A DNA stretch of 64,000 nucleotides from a virus. The stretch's first letter is position 1. The number at the start of each line of letters is the position of its first letter. A model generated the notes under the pieces. It did not search any database, was not told where the DNA came from, and saw only the letters and a program-made list of their open reading frames with translations. Shown here piece by piece: positions 28,788 to 38,258 of this stretch. The stretch is taken from the IMG/VR virus record IMGVR_UViG_3300037808_001133, positions 4,601 to 68,600 of that record. The stretch is one strand, 5' to 3'. The translations under genes and the position numbers were made by a program.

Positions 28788-29725
28788 TGCCGACCGTCGC
28801 AACAATCAGTCCAGGCAGAGGCCGACCCGGTGACGTCGTGCTCGTCAACGGAGTAGGGTTCAGCGCTGTCGTCGGACAGAACCAGGTGACGATCGGCGGG
28901 CTTCCGGCTGGCGTGAACGCCGCGAGCGCGACGCAGTTGGAGGTTGTGATCCCAGGCGGGCTCGCGGTTGACCAGCATGTGCCAGTCGTCGTGAACAACC
29001 TCGACGACGCCACCTCGTTCACTTGGTATTGGTGGTCGAAGGACACCGTCGCGAACACAGCAGCCATGGTCTTGCGCACCAAGATCCCGGGCTTCGACGA
29101 ACGCGCTCGCGGACTCGGTCGCTATGTCGCGAACAACGCGACAGCCGAGGCCCGTTACTTTGAGCGCATTGCAACGAAGATCCTTCTCGTCACGGATATG
29201 CTTTCCGCGAAGGGGAACTTCTGGAGTCGAGCAGCTGCCGAGCTTGGCGTTCGCCAGGCGCTCGCCGGCACGCTCGGTCAACCGTTCGTCTCTGCGGTCA
29301 GCGCTGTCGGTGGTCAGTTTCAGGACCGTCGTTGCTCGACGCTTCATTGGGGCTGCTCGCTCGACGTGGCGATCACTTCGCTGCTCGCGGTTGCGAACGG
29401 CATGGACTCGCAGCAGCCAGCGGTCGCAGGGTCAACGACGAAGCAAGTCGTTCCGTTCACGGGCCAGATCGTCCTTATGTCCATGCGTGAGCGGTTCAGC
29501 GCAAGCAGTCGCGTCAACAGCATTGAGGTCCTGGTGAACGACGTCTCGGTTCTCTTGCTTCAGAACGGAGACCCGGATTTCCCTGGTCCCGGGATTCGCA
29601 ACGGTCAGTCGCTGACGTTCTACCCTGGGCTCGCGGTGACGCAAGGCGACAGCGTTCAGGTTCGCGTCACAAGAAACAACACGACGACCGACTGTGCCGT
29701 CCTGGCAACCGCGTTGGTGGTCTAG
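28787..29725 (+). CDS. IPT/TIG-domain tail protein, paralogue 2
   Basis: ATISP...GDVVLVNGVGFS...NQVTIGG. Confidence 0.75.
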   Translation: MPTVATISPGRGRPGDVVLVNGVGFSAVVGQNQVTIGGLPAGVNAASATQLEVVIPGGLAVDQHVPVVVNNLDDATSFTWYWWSKDTVANTAAMVLRTKIPGFDERARGLGRYVANNATAEARYFERIATKILLVTDMLSAKGNFWSRAAAELGVRQALAGTLGQPFVSAVSAVGGQFQDRRCSTLHWGCSLDVAITSLLAVANGMDSQQPAVAGSTTKQVVPFTGQIVLMSMRERFSASSRVNSIEVLVNDVSVLLLQNGDPDFPGPGIRNGQSLTFYPGLAVTQGDSVQVRVTRNNTTTDCAVLATALVV

Positions 29726-29726
29726 C

Positions 29727-30656
29727 ATGCCAGTAGAGATCACGACGCTTGGCTTGAACCGAGTGCGTCGCACAGACCCCGCGCCGCAAGTGACCGTAGA
29801 CGGAACAGGCTTCAGCGCTGCAAACAACTCAGTGTTCGTGTCAGGGTCGCCAGCCGCTATCGTCGTCCAAGGCACAACTCAGATCACATTCAACTTGCCG
29901 CCGCCGTTTACCTTCGGCTTCATTCCCGACGTTCGGTCGATCCACGTCCCGGTGCTCGTCGTGAACAACGACACGGGAGAGGTCAGCACCGAAGCGTTCG
30001 CCTGGATCAAGGCCGACCTTGACGAAGTCGCCGACGAGCGGATCGCCACGCCGATTCCTGGTCCGTTCGAAGTCACTGCCGCACCCGAGTCGCCTGACGT
30101 CTTTGAAGCTCGCGACATGCACAGGCTCGCCGCGCTCATTGAGTCTTTGCTTGTCGACGTCTCAGCAGGCAACGTCCTCGCATGGGACGGCGCAAAGCTC
30201 GCGGAGCCGACTGGCGTGAAGGGTGGCGGCGGTGGGCAGGTCCTCACCGTTGACCTCGCAGAACCGACGAGCTTGAAGTGGGCGTTCGAACTCGACGCAT
30301 GGCTTCAGTTCGGCGTGACGGTTTCTTCGGGTTTGACTTTGAACATGATCGCGAACGGCGACGGGACAAGCTTCGCCGGTTCCCCTGGTCGAGAGAACTG
30401 GGCGCTCGACGACGGCACGCTTGACTTGGTCAGTTGGCGCGGGCGGTCGAGCGGCGGCGGGACGATCGTGCTTGCCCGGGTATTGGTGAACGGTGTGCAG
30501 CAGTTCACGTCGGGCGCGATCTCGGTTTTCAGCTACACGCAGGCGATCAACGTGCCCGTCCTGAAGGGCGACAAGGTCGAGCTTGAATTGACTTGCTCGG
30601 TCGGCTTAGGTCACGCGGTCGCCTGCGTTGGCGGCATTCGGCTCCTGGTAGACTGA
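29727..30656 (+). CDS. IPT/TIG-domain tail protein, paralogue 3
   Basis: VTVDGTGFSAANNSVFVSG; ATG at 29727. Confidence 0.72.
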   Translation: MPVEITTLGLNRVRRTDPAPQVTVDGTGFSAANNSVFVSGSPAAIVVQGTTQITFNLPPPFTFGFIPDVRSIHVPVLVVNNDTGEVSTEAFAWIKADLDEVADERIATPIPGPFEVTAAPESPDVFEARDMHRLAALIESLLVDVSAGNVLAWDGAKLAEPTGVKGGGGGQVLTVDLAEPTSLKWAFELDAWLQFGVTVSSGLTLNMIANGDGTSFAGSPGRENWALDDGTLDLVSWRGRSSGGGTIVLARVLVNGVQQFTSGAISVFSYTQAINVPVLKGDKVELELTCSVGLGHAVACVGGIRLLVD

Positions 30657-30660
30657 GGCC

Positions 30661-33600
30661 ATGTTCGGGAACAACTCACTCGCGACGTGGGGGACGAGTC
30701 AGTGGGGAACGATCCTTCCCGCACCTGGGGCTGTGTTCGCCCTGAACGGAAACGTGAGCGGCGACCTCGACAAGACGTTTGCCCTGGACGCGAACGTGGG
30801 CCTCGAGGACCAGGACGCAACCTTCGACCTCGACGCGACGGTCTCAAGGGACGAAGACGCTGTCTTCGCTTTGAGCGCAGCCATTGCCCTATTGCCGCCA
30901 GCCGTCTACGCGCAGATCACGACGAGCCCTTACCTCTTGGTCGAGTTGCTTCTTCCTGCTGGGCCGATAAGGGTCGCGACGAAATACCGGTGCGCCCTCG
31001 GGAGGACCTTCTCTCCGAGGCTTCGCAAGGGCGGTCAAATCCTTCGGACGATTGGCGTAGGAACAGACGACCTCCGGCTTGAGCTCGACGACACGACAAC
31101 GTCAGGCGCTGAGAGGTTCCGTGACCTCTTCGCCGCCGACGCGCCAGAGGGTTCCCTGGTCAGCGTTTGGCTCGGCGCAGACGGCGCGGCCGACGGTGAG
31201 CACCAACTCGTGTTTGAGGGAAAGATCGAACACGTCCAGGGCTTCAGTAAAACTGTAGCCAGGATACAGGTCGTCAGGCGCGAGCAAGTCGAGGACGTGA
31301 TCCTCGGGCAACTCATAGACGCCGTTGCCTTCCCTGACGCGCCGCCCGAGACGATTTCAAGAATGCTCCCAGTCGTTTTCGGGACGCTCGACTCGCACGC
31401 TGGCGTCGTGGTCAACACGAACGTCCTCGGTTCGCTCTTGGTCAACGTGTTCACTGCCGACGTCGTCGTCCAGCTGGTAGACGCTTCCGAGTTCCCTGCA
31501 GCTGGACAGGTAAGGGTCGGCGGCGAACTGATCGACTACACGACAAAGGTCGGGGACGACCTCGGTGGTCTGACTCGCGGGGCTGCTGGTACGATTGCAA
31601 CGGACCACCCGAAGGGCTCAGAGGTCGCTGAGGTCGGAGCGTTCCAAGTCAAGTTCGCGTCTCACTCGCTCGGCTTCCTCCGTCGCTTCAAGCTACGCCT
31701 CCCGAACGGCAACCTCGGCGACCCCGTACCGCAGCCCACGACGGTTGACCCGCTCACGGCACTCGCGACGTGGGACGAAGGGCTCCCACAGATTCGCGAC
31801 CCCGACGCTCGGCCGACCTATCAGCGCATTCACTTCAAGGAACCAGACGCCGCGAACACGGCTTTGAATGCTCAGTTCGCCTCGCGTGAGAGCACCGGCT
31901 ACGAGTGGTCCAAGGTCGCTCAGGTCCCAGGCGGTTCGACGCTCGCGCTCACGACGCACGTCGAAGGCGTCGGTCAACCGGGTGACATATCGCGTGCCTG
32001 GATTGGGTCAATCCACGACGTCCTGTCGGTGCTCGGGATCATTGCGCACGTGAACGCCGGGTCCTCCTCGTTCATTCTTAACGCTTTCGACACGGTGCCC
32101 GATTCGATTGCTCGCAACGACGAGAAGACCGGAGACCGTATCTACGACGTCCCGCCTCCGGTCGTTGACGTGTCGGCTCCTGCGCTCATTGACTTCTCGG
32201 CAACGCCGCAGAACGTCGTTGACCCCGGCCTCTTCGTGACCGTGAGCCGCGCCAGCAACGCCGTCGACAAGAACGACGACACGTTTGCCTGCTACCAATT
32301 CGTCGGCATTGGCGAGGCGATCGTTGCAGGCGGCGGCGACGTTATCTGCCGCTGGACTCAACAGGAGTGGGAGTCGGCCTTCCCAATCGGCTCGACCCCT
32401 GCCTTTATTGAAATCCGTGCGCTCATGGGCACGACGCTTATTCCCCTCTCGTCACCGTGGGAGGTCTACATAACGCTGGACGGTGTCGAGGTTGTCGGCA
32501 CGCGTCTTAAGTGTCAGACGGCGAACCCTGCCGGTGGCTTTGCTGGGTTCATTGCTGGCGTCGAGGAGTTCAAGCTTCCGATCACTGGCGCAATCGACAC
32601 CTCGATAGTTGACGCCTGGGAGCACTACGAGTTCGTCATGCACCCGGTCACGGGCGTATCGACCGGGCTCTGGTGCGCTCACGAGGTCTCGCTTCAAGGT
32701 CAGAACACACCGCCGTTGCCCGTGATCGACGTCTTGCAGGACACGCGCCGCAGCGTCACGAACTACTTTGAGGTCACGGACCAACTCCTCCTCGTTGACG
32801 GCGAGAAGTCGTGGGATTCATTTACTGATCCGGCGGCGCTTGGTCGCGTGACCTTTACGACTGTCGGTGGCGAGCCGCTAATCATTGAGACGTTCTGGGT
32901 CGTTGAGTTCACGCCGTTCGTCAAGGTTTCGCACCGCGTGCCCGACGTCTTCGCTGACGTCACCGGTCTCGTCCCGAGCGGCTCACCGACAGAGATTGCT
33001 CGCACGTTGATTCAAAGGCCCGCACCCGAGGGGCTCGGACTCGGGCCCGACAGAATTGATCAGTCGGCCTACATTGCGGCTGCGTCGTCCCTTGCCGCGG
33101 ACCAGGTGAGGGCCGACTTCGCGCTGAGCACACGAGTGTCTGCCGTCGGGCTCCTCTCCGAGCTTGCCGGGCAAGTCGATTGCCGAGACACCTGGAACAA
33201 CAAGCTGCACCGTCTAGTCCGCTTGCCGAGGGCAGACACGCTCATTCCCGTTGACCACGACTTGTCTAAGGGCGACTACCTCCGTCTAGGCGCTGGCGTC
33301 TCGGCGAAGTCTTTCGGGAGGACCTCGACGCGTGAGGTTGCGAACCGAGTGACCGCGACTTGGCGGCACTACGCCCCGAGCGGCGACACGAGCAAGACGG
33401 TCGAGTTGAACGACGCCGCGAGCCAAGCCTCAAACCTTGGTCTCCGCGAGGGCGTGCTTGAGCTCCAGCTGCTACAGGACGACGCCTCGGCAAACCTTGT
33501 CGCGACCCGGAAGCTCGAGCGCCTGCGAACGCCGCGCTGGACCGTGAGCCTCGACATTCCGATCTACGCCCTCAACTTCAAGGCGGGCGACTTGGTCTCC

Positions 33601-33708
33601 AGTACGGACCCCGAGTTCTCATTCCAAGTCGGCGAGATTACACAGGTAAACTTGAAGGCAGACAGGCTGAAGAGGGTGGGCCTTCTTATCGTCGTCTGGC
33701 TCAAGTAG
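30661..33708 (+). CDS. baseplate hub / central tail tip protein
   Basis: 1015 aa; VFEGKI, LPVVFG and C-terminal AGDLV hub-type motifs. Confidence 0.72.
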   Translation: MFGNNSLATWGTSQWGTILPAPGAVFALNGNVSGDLDKTFALDANVGLEDQDATFDLDATVSRDEDAVFALSAAIALLPPAVYAQITTSPYLLVELLLPAGPIRVATKYRCALGRTFSPRLRKGGQILRTIGVGTDDLRLELDDTTTSGAERFRDLFAADAPEGSLVSVWLGADGAADGEHQLVFEGKIEHVQGFSKTVARIQVVRREQVEDVILGQLIDAVAFPDAPPETISRMLPVVFGTLDSHAGVVVNTNVLGSLLVNVFTADVVVQLVDASEFPAAGQVRVGGELIDYTTKVGDDLGGLTRGAAGTIATDHPKGSEVAEVGAFQVKFASHSLGFLRRFKLRLPNGNLGDPVPQPTTVDPLTALATWDEGLPQIRDPDARPTYQRIHFKEPDAANTALNAQFASRESTGYEWSKVAQVPGGSTLALTTHVEGVGQPGDISRAWIGSIHDVLSVLGIIAHVNAGSSSFILNAFDTVPDSIARNDEKTGDRIYDVPPPVVDVSAPALIDFSATPQNVVDPGLFVTVSRASNAVDKNDDTFACYQFVGIGEAIVAGGGDVICRWTQQEWESAFPIGSTPAFIEIRALMGTTLIPLSSPWEVYITLDGVEVVGTRLKCQTANPAGGFAGFIAGVEEFKLPITGAIDTSIVDAWEHYEFVMHPVTGVSTGLWCAHEVSLQGQNTPPLPVIDVLQDTRRSVTNYFEVTDQLLLVDGEKSWDSFTDPAALGRVTFTTVGGEPLIIETFWVVEFTPFVKVSHRVPDVFADVTGLVPSGSPTEIARTLIQRPAPEGLGLGPDRIDQSAYIAAASSLAADQVRADFALSTRVSAVGLLSELAGQVDCRDTWNNKLHRLVRLPRADTLIPVDHDLSKGDYLRLGAGVSAKSFGRTSTREVANRVTATWRHYAPSGDTSKTVELNDAASQASNLGLREGVLELQLLQDDASANLVATRKLERLRTPRWTVSLDIPIYALNFKAGDLVSSTDPEFSFQVGEITQVNLKADRLKRVGLLIVVWLK

Positions 33709-33717
33709 GAGAGCGTT

Positions 33718-34869
33718 ATGCCAACAGGATCAAGTCACCATTTCGACGGGCTGCAAGACGGGCAGGGCAACCTCTCCGACGCGAACCTCAACAGCCTTGA
33801 CGCCGGTTGCAATGTTCACGCGGTGCTCGGCAAGCTCCTCGTCAACATTGAGCCCGGTCGGTTCGTTTCTTCTGCTGCGTTTGAGGACTACGCCGGCGCG
33901 ATCGACCAACCGGTCCCAGCCTCAACGGTTGCCGGTGTCGTCTACCTTCTCCCGGCTGGCCCAACGCTCGTGATCGCGGCGGGGCCATTCCCGGGCGGCG
34001 AGCACATGCCGCTTGCCGAGTTCGATTCGGACGGCGTTCAGGTCCTGGCGATCCGCGACAAGCGGGCAACGGTCGGGACGAGCGTCATTGGTGGAGGCCC
34101 GCCCTCTGGCGCAGCCGGTGGCGTGCTCTCCGGCACGTACCCGAACCCCGGGTTCGCAGCTGGCGCGGTCCTTAACGCTCACGTGAACGCCGCCGCCGCG
34201 ATCGCGGAGTCCAAGCTCGCGCTGAATAACCCGACGCACGCGAACGCGAACGACCCGAGCGCTGGCGAGAAGAACGCGCTCGCGGGCACGACTGGAGTCC
34301 CAGGCGGCGGCAACGAGTACGTGACGACGACAGACCCGCGCATGGCTGACGCACGGACGGCTGCGGCGCACGCAGCGTCTCACCAAGACGGAGGTGCCGA
34401 CGAGGTCGCAACGATCACGCCAGCCGCAGACTCGATCCCGAAGGCGCTCGGGACGGGCAAGCTGGACGACGCATGGGTGAACCTCCAGGTGCGCGGACGC
34501 GACCGGGTATACGCCGTAGCTGAAGGGCGCACGACGACGACGCTCGCGCTGCCGCAACTCAAGCTCCAGGTCATTACGCCAGTGCTCACCGGGACCTACA
34601 TGGTTCACTGGCAGGCCGACGTCGACAACAATAACTCGGTGCTGCTCGGCACGGTCAGGCTCCAAGACGTGAGCGCCGCAGCGACTCTCGATCAAAACGA
34701 ATACGGGAACGCTGCGATTCCCCTCACGGCACCGAAGCGCGTATCTGGATTCGTCGAGCTCGTGCTTGTCGCCGAGACCAAGACAATCGAGATTCAGTGG
34801 TTCGACCAGGCAGGCGGCGGCACGCAGGGAATCCAACGTGCGCGGATTGAATTCTTCAGGGTCGGCTAG
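33718..34869 (+). CDS. tail fibre-like protein
   Basis: PSGAAGGVLSGTYPNP, AAIAESKL and HAASHQDGGADE fibre motifs. Confidence 0.72.
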   Translation: MPTGSSHHFDGLQDGQGNLSDANLNSLDAGCNVHAVLGKLLVNIEPGRFVSSAAFEDYAGAIDQPVPASTVAGVVYLLPAGPTLVIAAGPFPGGEHMPLAEFDSDGVQVLAIRDKRATVGTSVIGGGPPSGAAGGVLSGTYPNPGFAAGAVLNAHVNAAAAIAESKLALNNPTHANANDPSAGEKNALAGTTGVPGGGNEYVTTTDPRMADARTAAAHAASHQDGGADEVATITPAADSIPKALGTGKLDDAWVNLQVRGRDRVYAVAEGRTTTTLALPQLKLQVITPVLTGTYMVHWQADVDNNNSVLLGTVRLQDVSAAATLDQNEYGNAAIPLTAPKRVSGFVELVLVAETKTIEIQWFDQAGGGTQGIQRARIEFFRVG

Positions 34870-35984
34870 TGGCACAAAGGCGCGACGCAACTAAGCAGGT
34901 CATTCTTGAGACCCTGGAGGGCGTCCAGGTCTGGCTCGGGGAATGGTCTGCTGTTCACGAGGCGTTGTTCTTGCCAACCGGCGCTCTCGACTTCCCGATC
35001 GCCGGAGCGACTACAGAGAACCCGCCACCGAATCGCGTTCGGCTCAGATACAACGCCGCTGGAACTGCTTTCGAGTTCGTGGACGACGTCGGGACCGTCT
35101 ATCCGATCGGCGGAGGCGCAGGCGTTTCTGATTTCCTCGCGCTTCTCGATACGCCAGCGTCCTACGCAGGCCAGGCCGGCCTGGTGGCAGCCGTGAACGC
35201 TGGCGAGACTGGCATGGAGTTCGTTGCCCAGAGCGGGGGCGGTAGTGGTAGCGGGCTGGCTCGCCTTCGTTCGATGCCGAGCGCCTGTGGGTTCATTGAC
35301 GCAGCCGGCGCCGACGACGGAAAGCAGACAGCGCGTCAATATCAGGGGCTTGGCCTGATCCTTGTCGAGGGCTTCCAGGTTTACGCGGGGACCGGCGGCC
35401 CTGCAAGCCCCGGTGACGAGTCGGACGACGCTGGTGGCAGGACGTCGTTCGTAGAGTTGTCGATGTTCGATGACACGCCAGGCGTAAACGCCACAAACTT
35501 CACGCTAAGAATTGCGATGCCCGAGGGCTTTACCGAGTGGGGAGATGATGGGATCCGCTGGTACACGAAAGTTATAAGCGCGACTGGGCCAGGCGGGCAG
35601 ATCGACCCAACCATCGAGGTGTTCAATCCTCTCACTGGCGCTAGCTACGGGCCGATGCAGGCCACCCGCGCCGTCCCAGAGGCGTCGCTGCCCGAGACCG
35701 CCTATGTGATCCTTCAGATAACAAAGGCCCAGCTTGATGCCGAGCTCGCCGACTTCACGGCGGCCGCAGCGGGCGATGGAGTCTTCAAGCTTAAATGTAG
35801 CTTCCCTGCGCTGGGCGGCTTCTTCCCTGGCGAACAGTGGATTACACGTCTAGGCGCCATCGACATTGACTGGGTAGGGTCTGGCGGCGGCGGCGGTGGC
35901 CCGACCTTCGACCCTGATACGATCCTGGTCAACGCATCGGGCTCCGTCCTGACTAACGGCACAAACGTACTGGTGAGTGGATAA
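34869..35984 (+). CDS. tail fibre / receptor-binding protein, chimeric
   Basis: FLALLDTPASYAGQAG...VN...GMEF anchor motif; Gly linkers. Confidence 0.68.
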   Translation: MAQRRDATKQVILETLEGVQVWLGEWSAVHEALFLPTGALDFPIAGATTENPPPNRVRLRYNAAGTAFEFVDDVGTVYPIGGGAGVSDFLALLDTPASYAGQAGLVAAVNAGETGMEFVAQSGGGSGSGLARLRSMPSACGFIDAAGADDGKQTARQYQGLGLILVEGFQVYAGTGGPASPGDESDDAGGRTSFVELSMFDDTPGVNATNFTLRIAMPEGFTEWGDDGIRWYTKVISATGPGGQIDPTIEVFNPLTGASYGPMQATRAVPEASLPETAYVILQITKAQLDAELADFTAAAAGDGVFKLKCSFPALGGFFPGEQWITRLGAIDIDWVGSGGGGGGPTFDPDTILVNASGSVLTNGTNVLVSG

Positions 35985-36604
35985 TGGCATTGCACAGCGC
36001 AGAGGTTCCGGGCTCAGTCCACGTAGCCCATAACTTCGAGCTCGCTGACGCAGCGGCTCGGATGGCCTTCACCTACGCGGCAACCGACGTCGGCAAGGTC
36101 GTCAGGCAGATAGACGACGGCTCTTTCTGGTTCGTCAAGAGCACGGCTCCCACGTTCTCCGAGGTTGGCGGCGGTGGCGGCGGTGGTGGTGGAACCGCCG
36201 AGATATTCTTTGCGGCCGGCAAGCAGGACAAGGACAGCGGCGACCACGCGGTGACCGAAATTAAGTCCGGCAAGGACAGTAATTTCGAGTTTCATATTCC
36301 GTATGACTTCGCCTCCCTTGTGGAGATCGCCCTGAAGTTCATCCCCGATGCAAACTCGGACGGTCCCGGCCAGGATGTAGACCTGACATCGGACTACGCG
36401 GCGGTCGGGCAGAACAAGTCAACGCATTCAGAGACAGACACGACATCAACATACGACCTCGGAACGGTCGGCAACGTCGAGGAGCTCGACCTGTCTGGAG
36501 TCTTCAACTCACTTTCTCCGGGAGACTCGTGCGGCGTAAATGTTGCTAACAACACGGCCGGAAACATAGACGCCATCGGCTTGCGTCTTAGGTATTCAAA
36601 ATGA
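35984..36604 (+). CDS. fibre-associated protein
   Basis: DVGKVVRQIDDGSFW module, poly-Gly linker, beta-sandwich. Confidence 0.65.
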   Translation: MALHSAEVPGSVHVAHNFELADAAARMAFTYAATDVGKVVRQIDDGSFWFVKSTAPTFSEVGGGGGGGGGTAEIFFAAGKQDKDSGDHAVTEIKSGKDSNFEFHIPYDFASLVEIALKFIPDANSDGPGQDVDLTSDYAAVGQNKSTHSETDTTSTYDLGTVGNVEELDLSGVFNSLSPGDSCGVNVANNTAGNIDAIGLRLRYSK

Positions 36605-37014
36605 TAGAGGCTGGTCGGTCTTGCGGGGAGTGCTCTTTGTGCTGCTTCGCTCCGTCTATCCCATCCATAGGGAAGGAGCAGTACAGCCGCTGCGATCACC
36701 AGGCCGTCTCTCCTAGTGGTAGCTGCGGCATATACGAAGAAGAGAGACCCCCCGCGTGCTCCAACTGCCTGTGGATTCTTGGCCTCCTCGAAGAGGAAGA
36801 TAGGCCAGACAGGATAGGGGTCATCTTCGAGTCGCCAGATTCGATAAGGAAGACAACGAACGTCACGAGGGCGAGGCTAGTGAACGCCACGAATAGGGGC
36901 CGCCTTGTCGTCAAGGCAATCTCTAGAGTGATGCTCCTGGTCGTCACAGACAGGTACGGAAACATGGCAGCAGAAGGACCCAAGGCGCTACCGATAGCGA
37001 AGGTGAATAGGTGA
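36601..37014 (+). CDS. YkgJ-like cysteine-cluster protein
   Basis: CGECSLCC...C.H...CGIYEEERP.AC. Confidence 0.75.
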   Translation: MIEAGRSCGECSLCCFAPSIPSIGKEQYSRCDHQAVSPSGSCGIYEEERPPACSNCLWILGLLEEEDRPDRIGVIFESPDSIRKTTNVTRARLVNATNRGRLVVKAISRVMLLVVTDRYGNMAAEGPKALPIAKVNR

Positions 37015-37583
37015 GCAGCCAGTACGCGTACGACTCTTCGGACGTCCACCTGCACACGCTTTCCAAGGAGGTCGAGGGGGAGCTGCCTGGGCTGAGCTTC
37101 ACGGCCTCTGTTAACTCGACAAACCCAGAGCCCAGCCTGGTCTTCGTGTTCGAGCTAGCCCTCTCGGCGGGCGATCTGGTGACGCTGTCCGACGCCATTG
37201 ACGATCACAAGTCAGGAACATCACCGCTCAAGCTTTCAGCGTACAAGTCCGAAAAGCACGACCAGATCGACGTGCGGAGCAATGAGCTGACATTCATCTC
37301 GTTCGATTACGACGGAAAGACATTCTCATCAAGCAGGGACACGGTGCTAAAAACCTCGACGGCTGCGACCGTTGACCTGATGGGCTCCCTCCCTTACCCA
37401 CTCAACATATCGACACTGGACGGTGAGCCGTACTCACTGGTTGACCAGGCCGCGTTCAGGGCGTTCTTCTTAACGATGTTCGGGTCTGGCGCAGCTCACC
37501 ACACCTCAGGCAAGGCGCTCAAGGACCAGGTAGACGCTGCCGAGTCTTGCGCAGAGGTCGATGCCGTGGTGGACGACAGGTAG
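37011..37583 (+). CDS. DUF4376-like tail fibre assembly protein
   Basis: K..QID.R...FDYDGKTF...LKDQVDAA....EVDAV. Confidence 0.65.
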   Translation: MSSQYAYDSSDVHLHTLSKEVEGELPGLSFTASVNSTNPEPSLVFVFELALSAGDLVTLSDAIDDHKSGTSPLKLSAYKSEKHDQIDVRSNELTFISFDYDGKTFSSSRDTVLKTSTAATVDLMGSLPYPLNISTLDGEPYSLVDQAAFRAFFLTMFGSGAAHHTSGKALKDQVDAAESCAEVDAVVDDR

Positions 37584-37757
37584 GCATGGAACAACAAGGG
37601 CTGGGTCGAACTGAAGGCGAGCACTTTCCCGGAGGAGTTTGGGACGGCAAAGATCGGCGGCACGAGGATTGACGGCGGCAAGGTGATTCGCTGCCGGTTC
37701 CACAACACGGGCGACACCGACGTTCGCGTTTCGATTCGCCTTGAGTTCCTTTATTGA
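37584..37757 (+). pseudogene. start-less coding remnant in frame with the preceding gene
   Basis: AWNNKGWVELK...VRVSIRLEFLY* follows the TAG in the same frame with genome-like codons. Confidence 0.5.
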
Positions 37758-37766
37758 GGTAGAGCC

Positions 37767-38216
37767 ATGCTGGTCTCAGGAGCATTTCGCTGGAGGCACG
37801 TAGGCGTCAAGCTGCGTAGCCGACTAAAGATCGTTGGGATCTTGAACGGGTGCGGACCGAAAGGCGGACCGAAAGGCGGGTGGCTCGCGAGCGTCCTGCC
37901 GAGCAGAATCCTCGGACTGCACATTGAGGAGTTCTGCGATTGGCATGACTTCAACTACACAATCGGCGGAAAGGAAGCCGACCGGGTCAAGGCCGACTGG
38001 CAGTTCTACGAAGCCACTTACGCGCAAGCGATCGCGCTCACCGAGTCGTCGTGCAAGCGCTGGCTTCGACCGCTCTACACGTTCGTCGCCTGGGCCCTGT
38101 ACCGCGCCGTCTGGCTGGACGGTCGCAGGCACTTTCACTACGGAGACCCGAGAAGCGAGGAGGACGTCATGCTGCTCCTCTCGGCGGCTGAGCGCGAACT
38201 CGGGATAGCCGCATAG
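37767..38216 (+). CDS. phospholipase A2-like / DUF1353-related protein
   Basis: NGCG...CDWHDFNY..GG...R..AD..F. Confidence 0.6.
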   Translation: MLVSGAFRWRHVGVKLRSRLKIVGILNGCGPKGGPKGGWLASVLPSRILGLHIEEFCDWHDFNYTIGGKEADRVKADWQFYEATYAQAIALTESSCKRWLRPLYTFVAWALYRAVWLDGRRHFHYGDPRSEEDVMLLLSAAERELGIAA

Positions 38217-38258
38217 CTCACGCCGAATCGCCTGGTAGACTGACCGGGGAGGCAACCC

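Noticed and set aside
33718-37583. Diversity-generating retroelement or invertible fibre cassette
   Set aside because: No reverse transcriptase, template/variable repeat pair, invertase or flanking inverted repeats seen.
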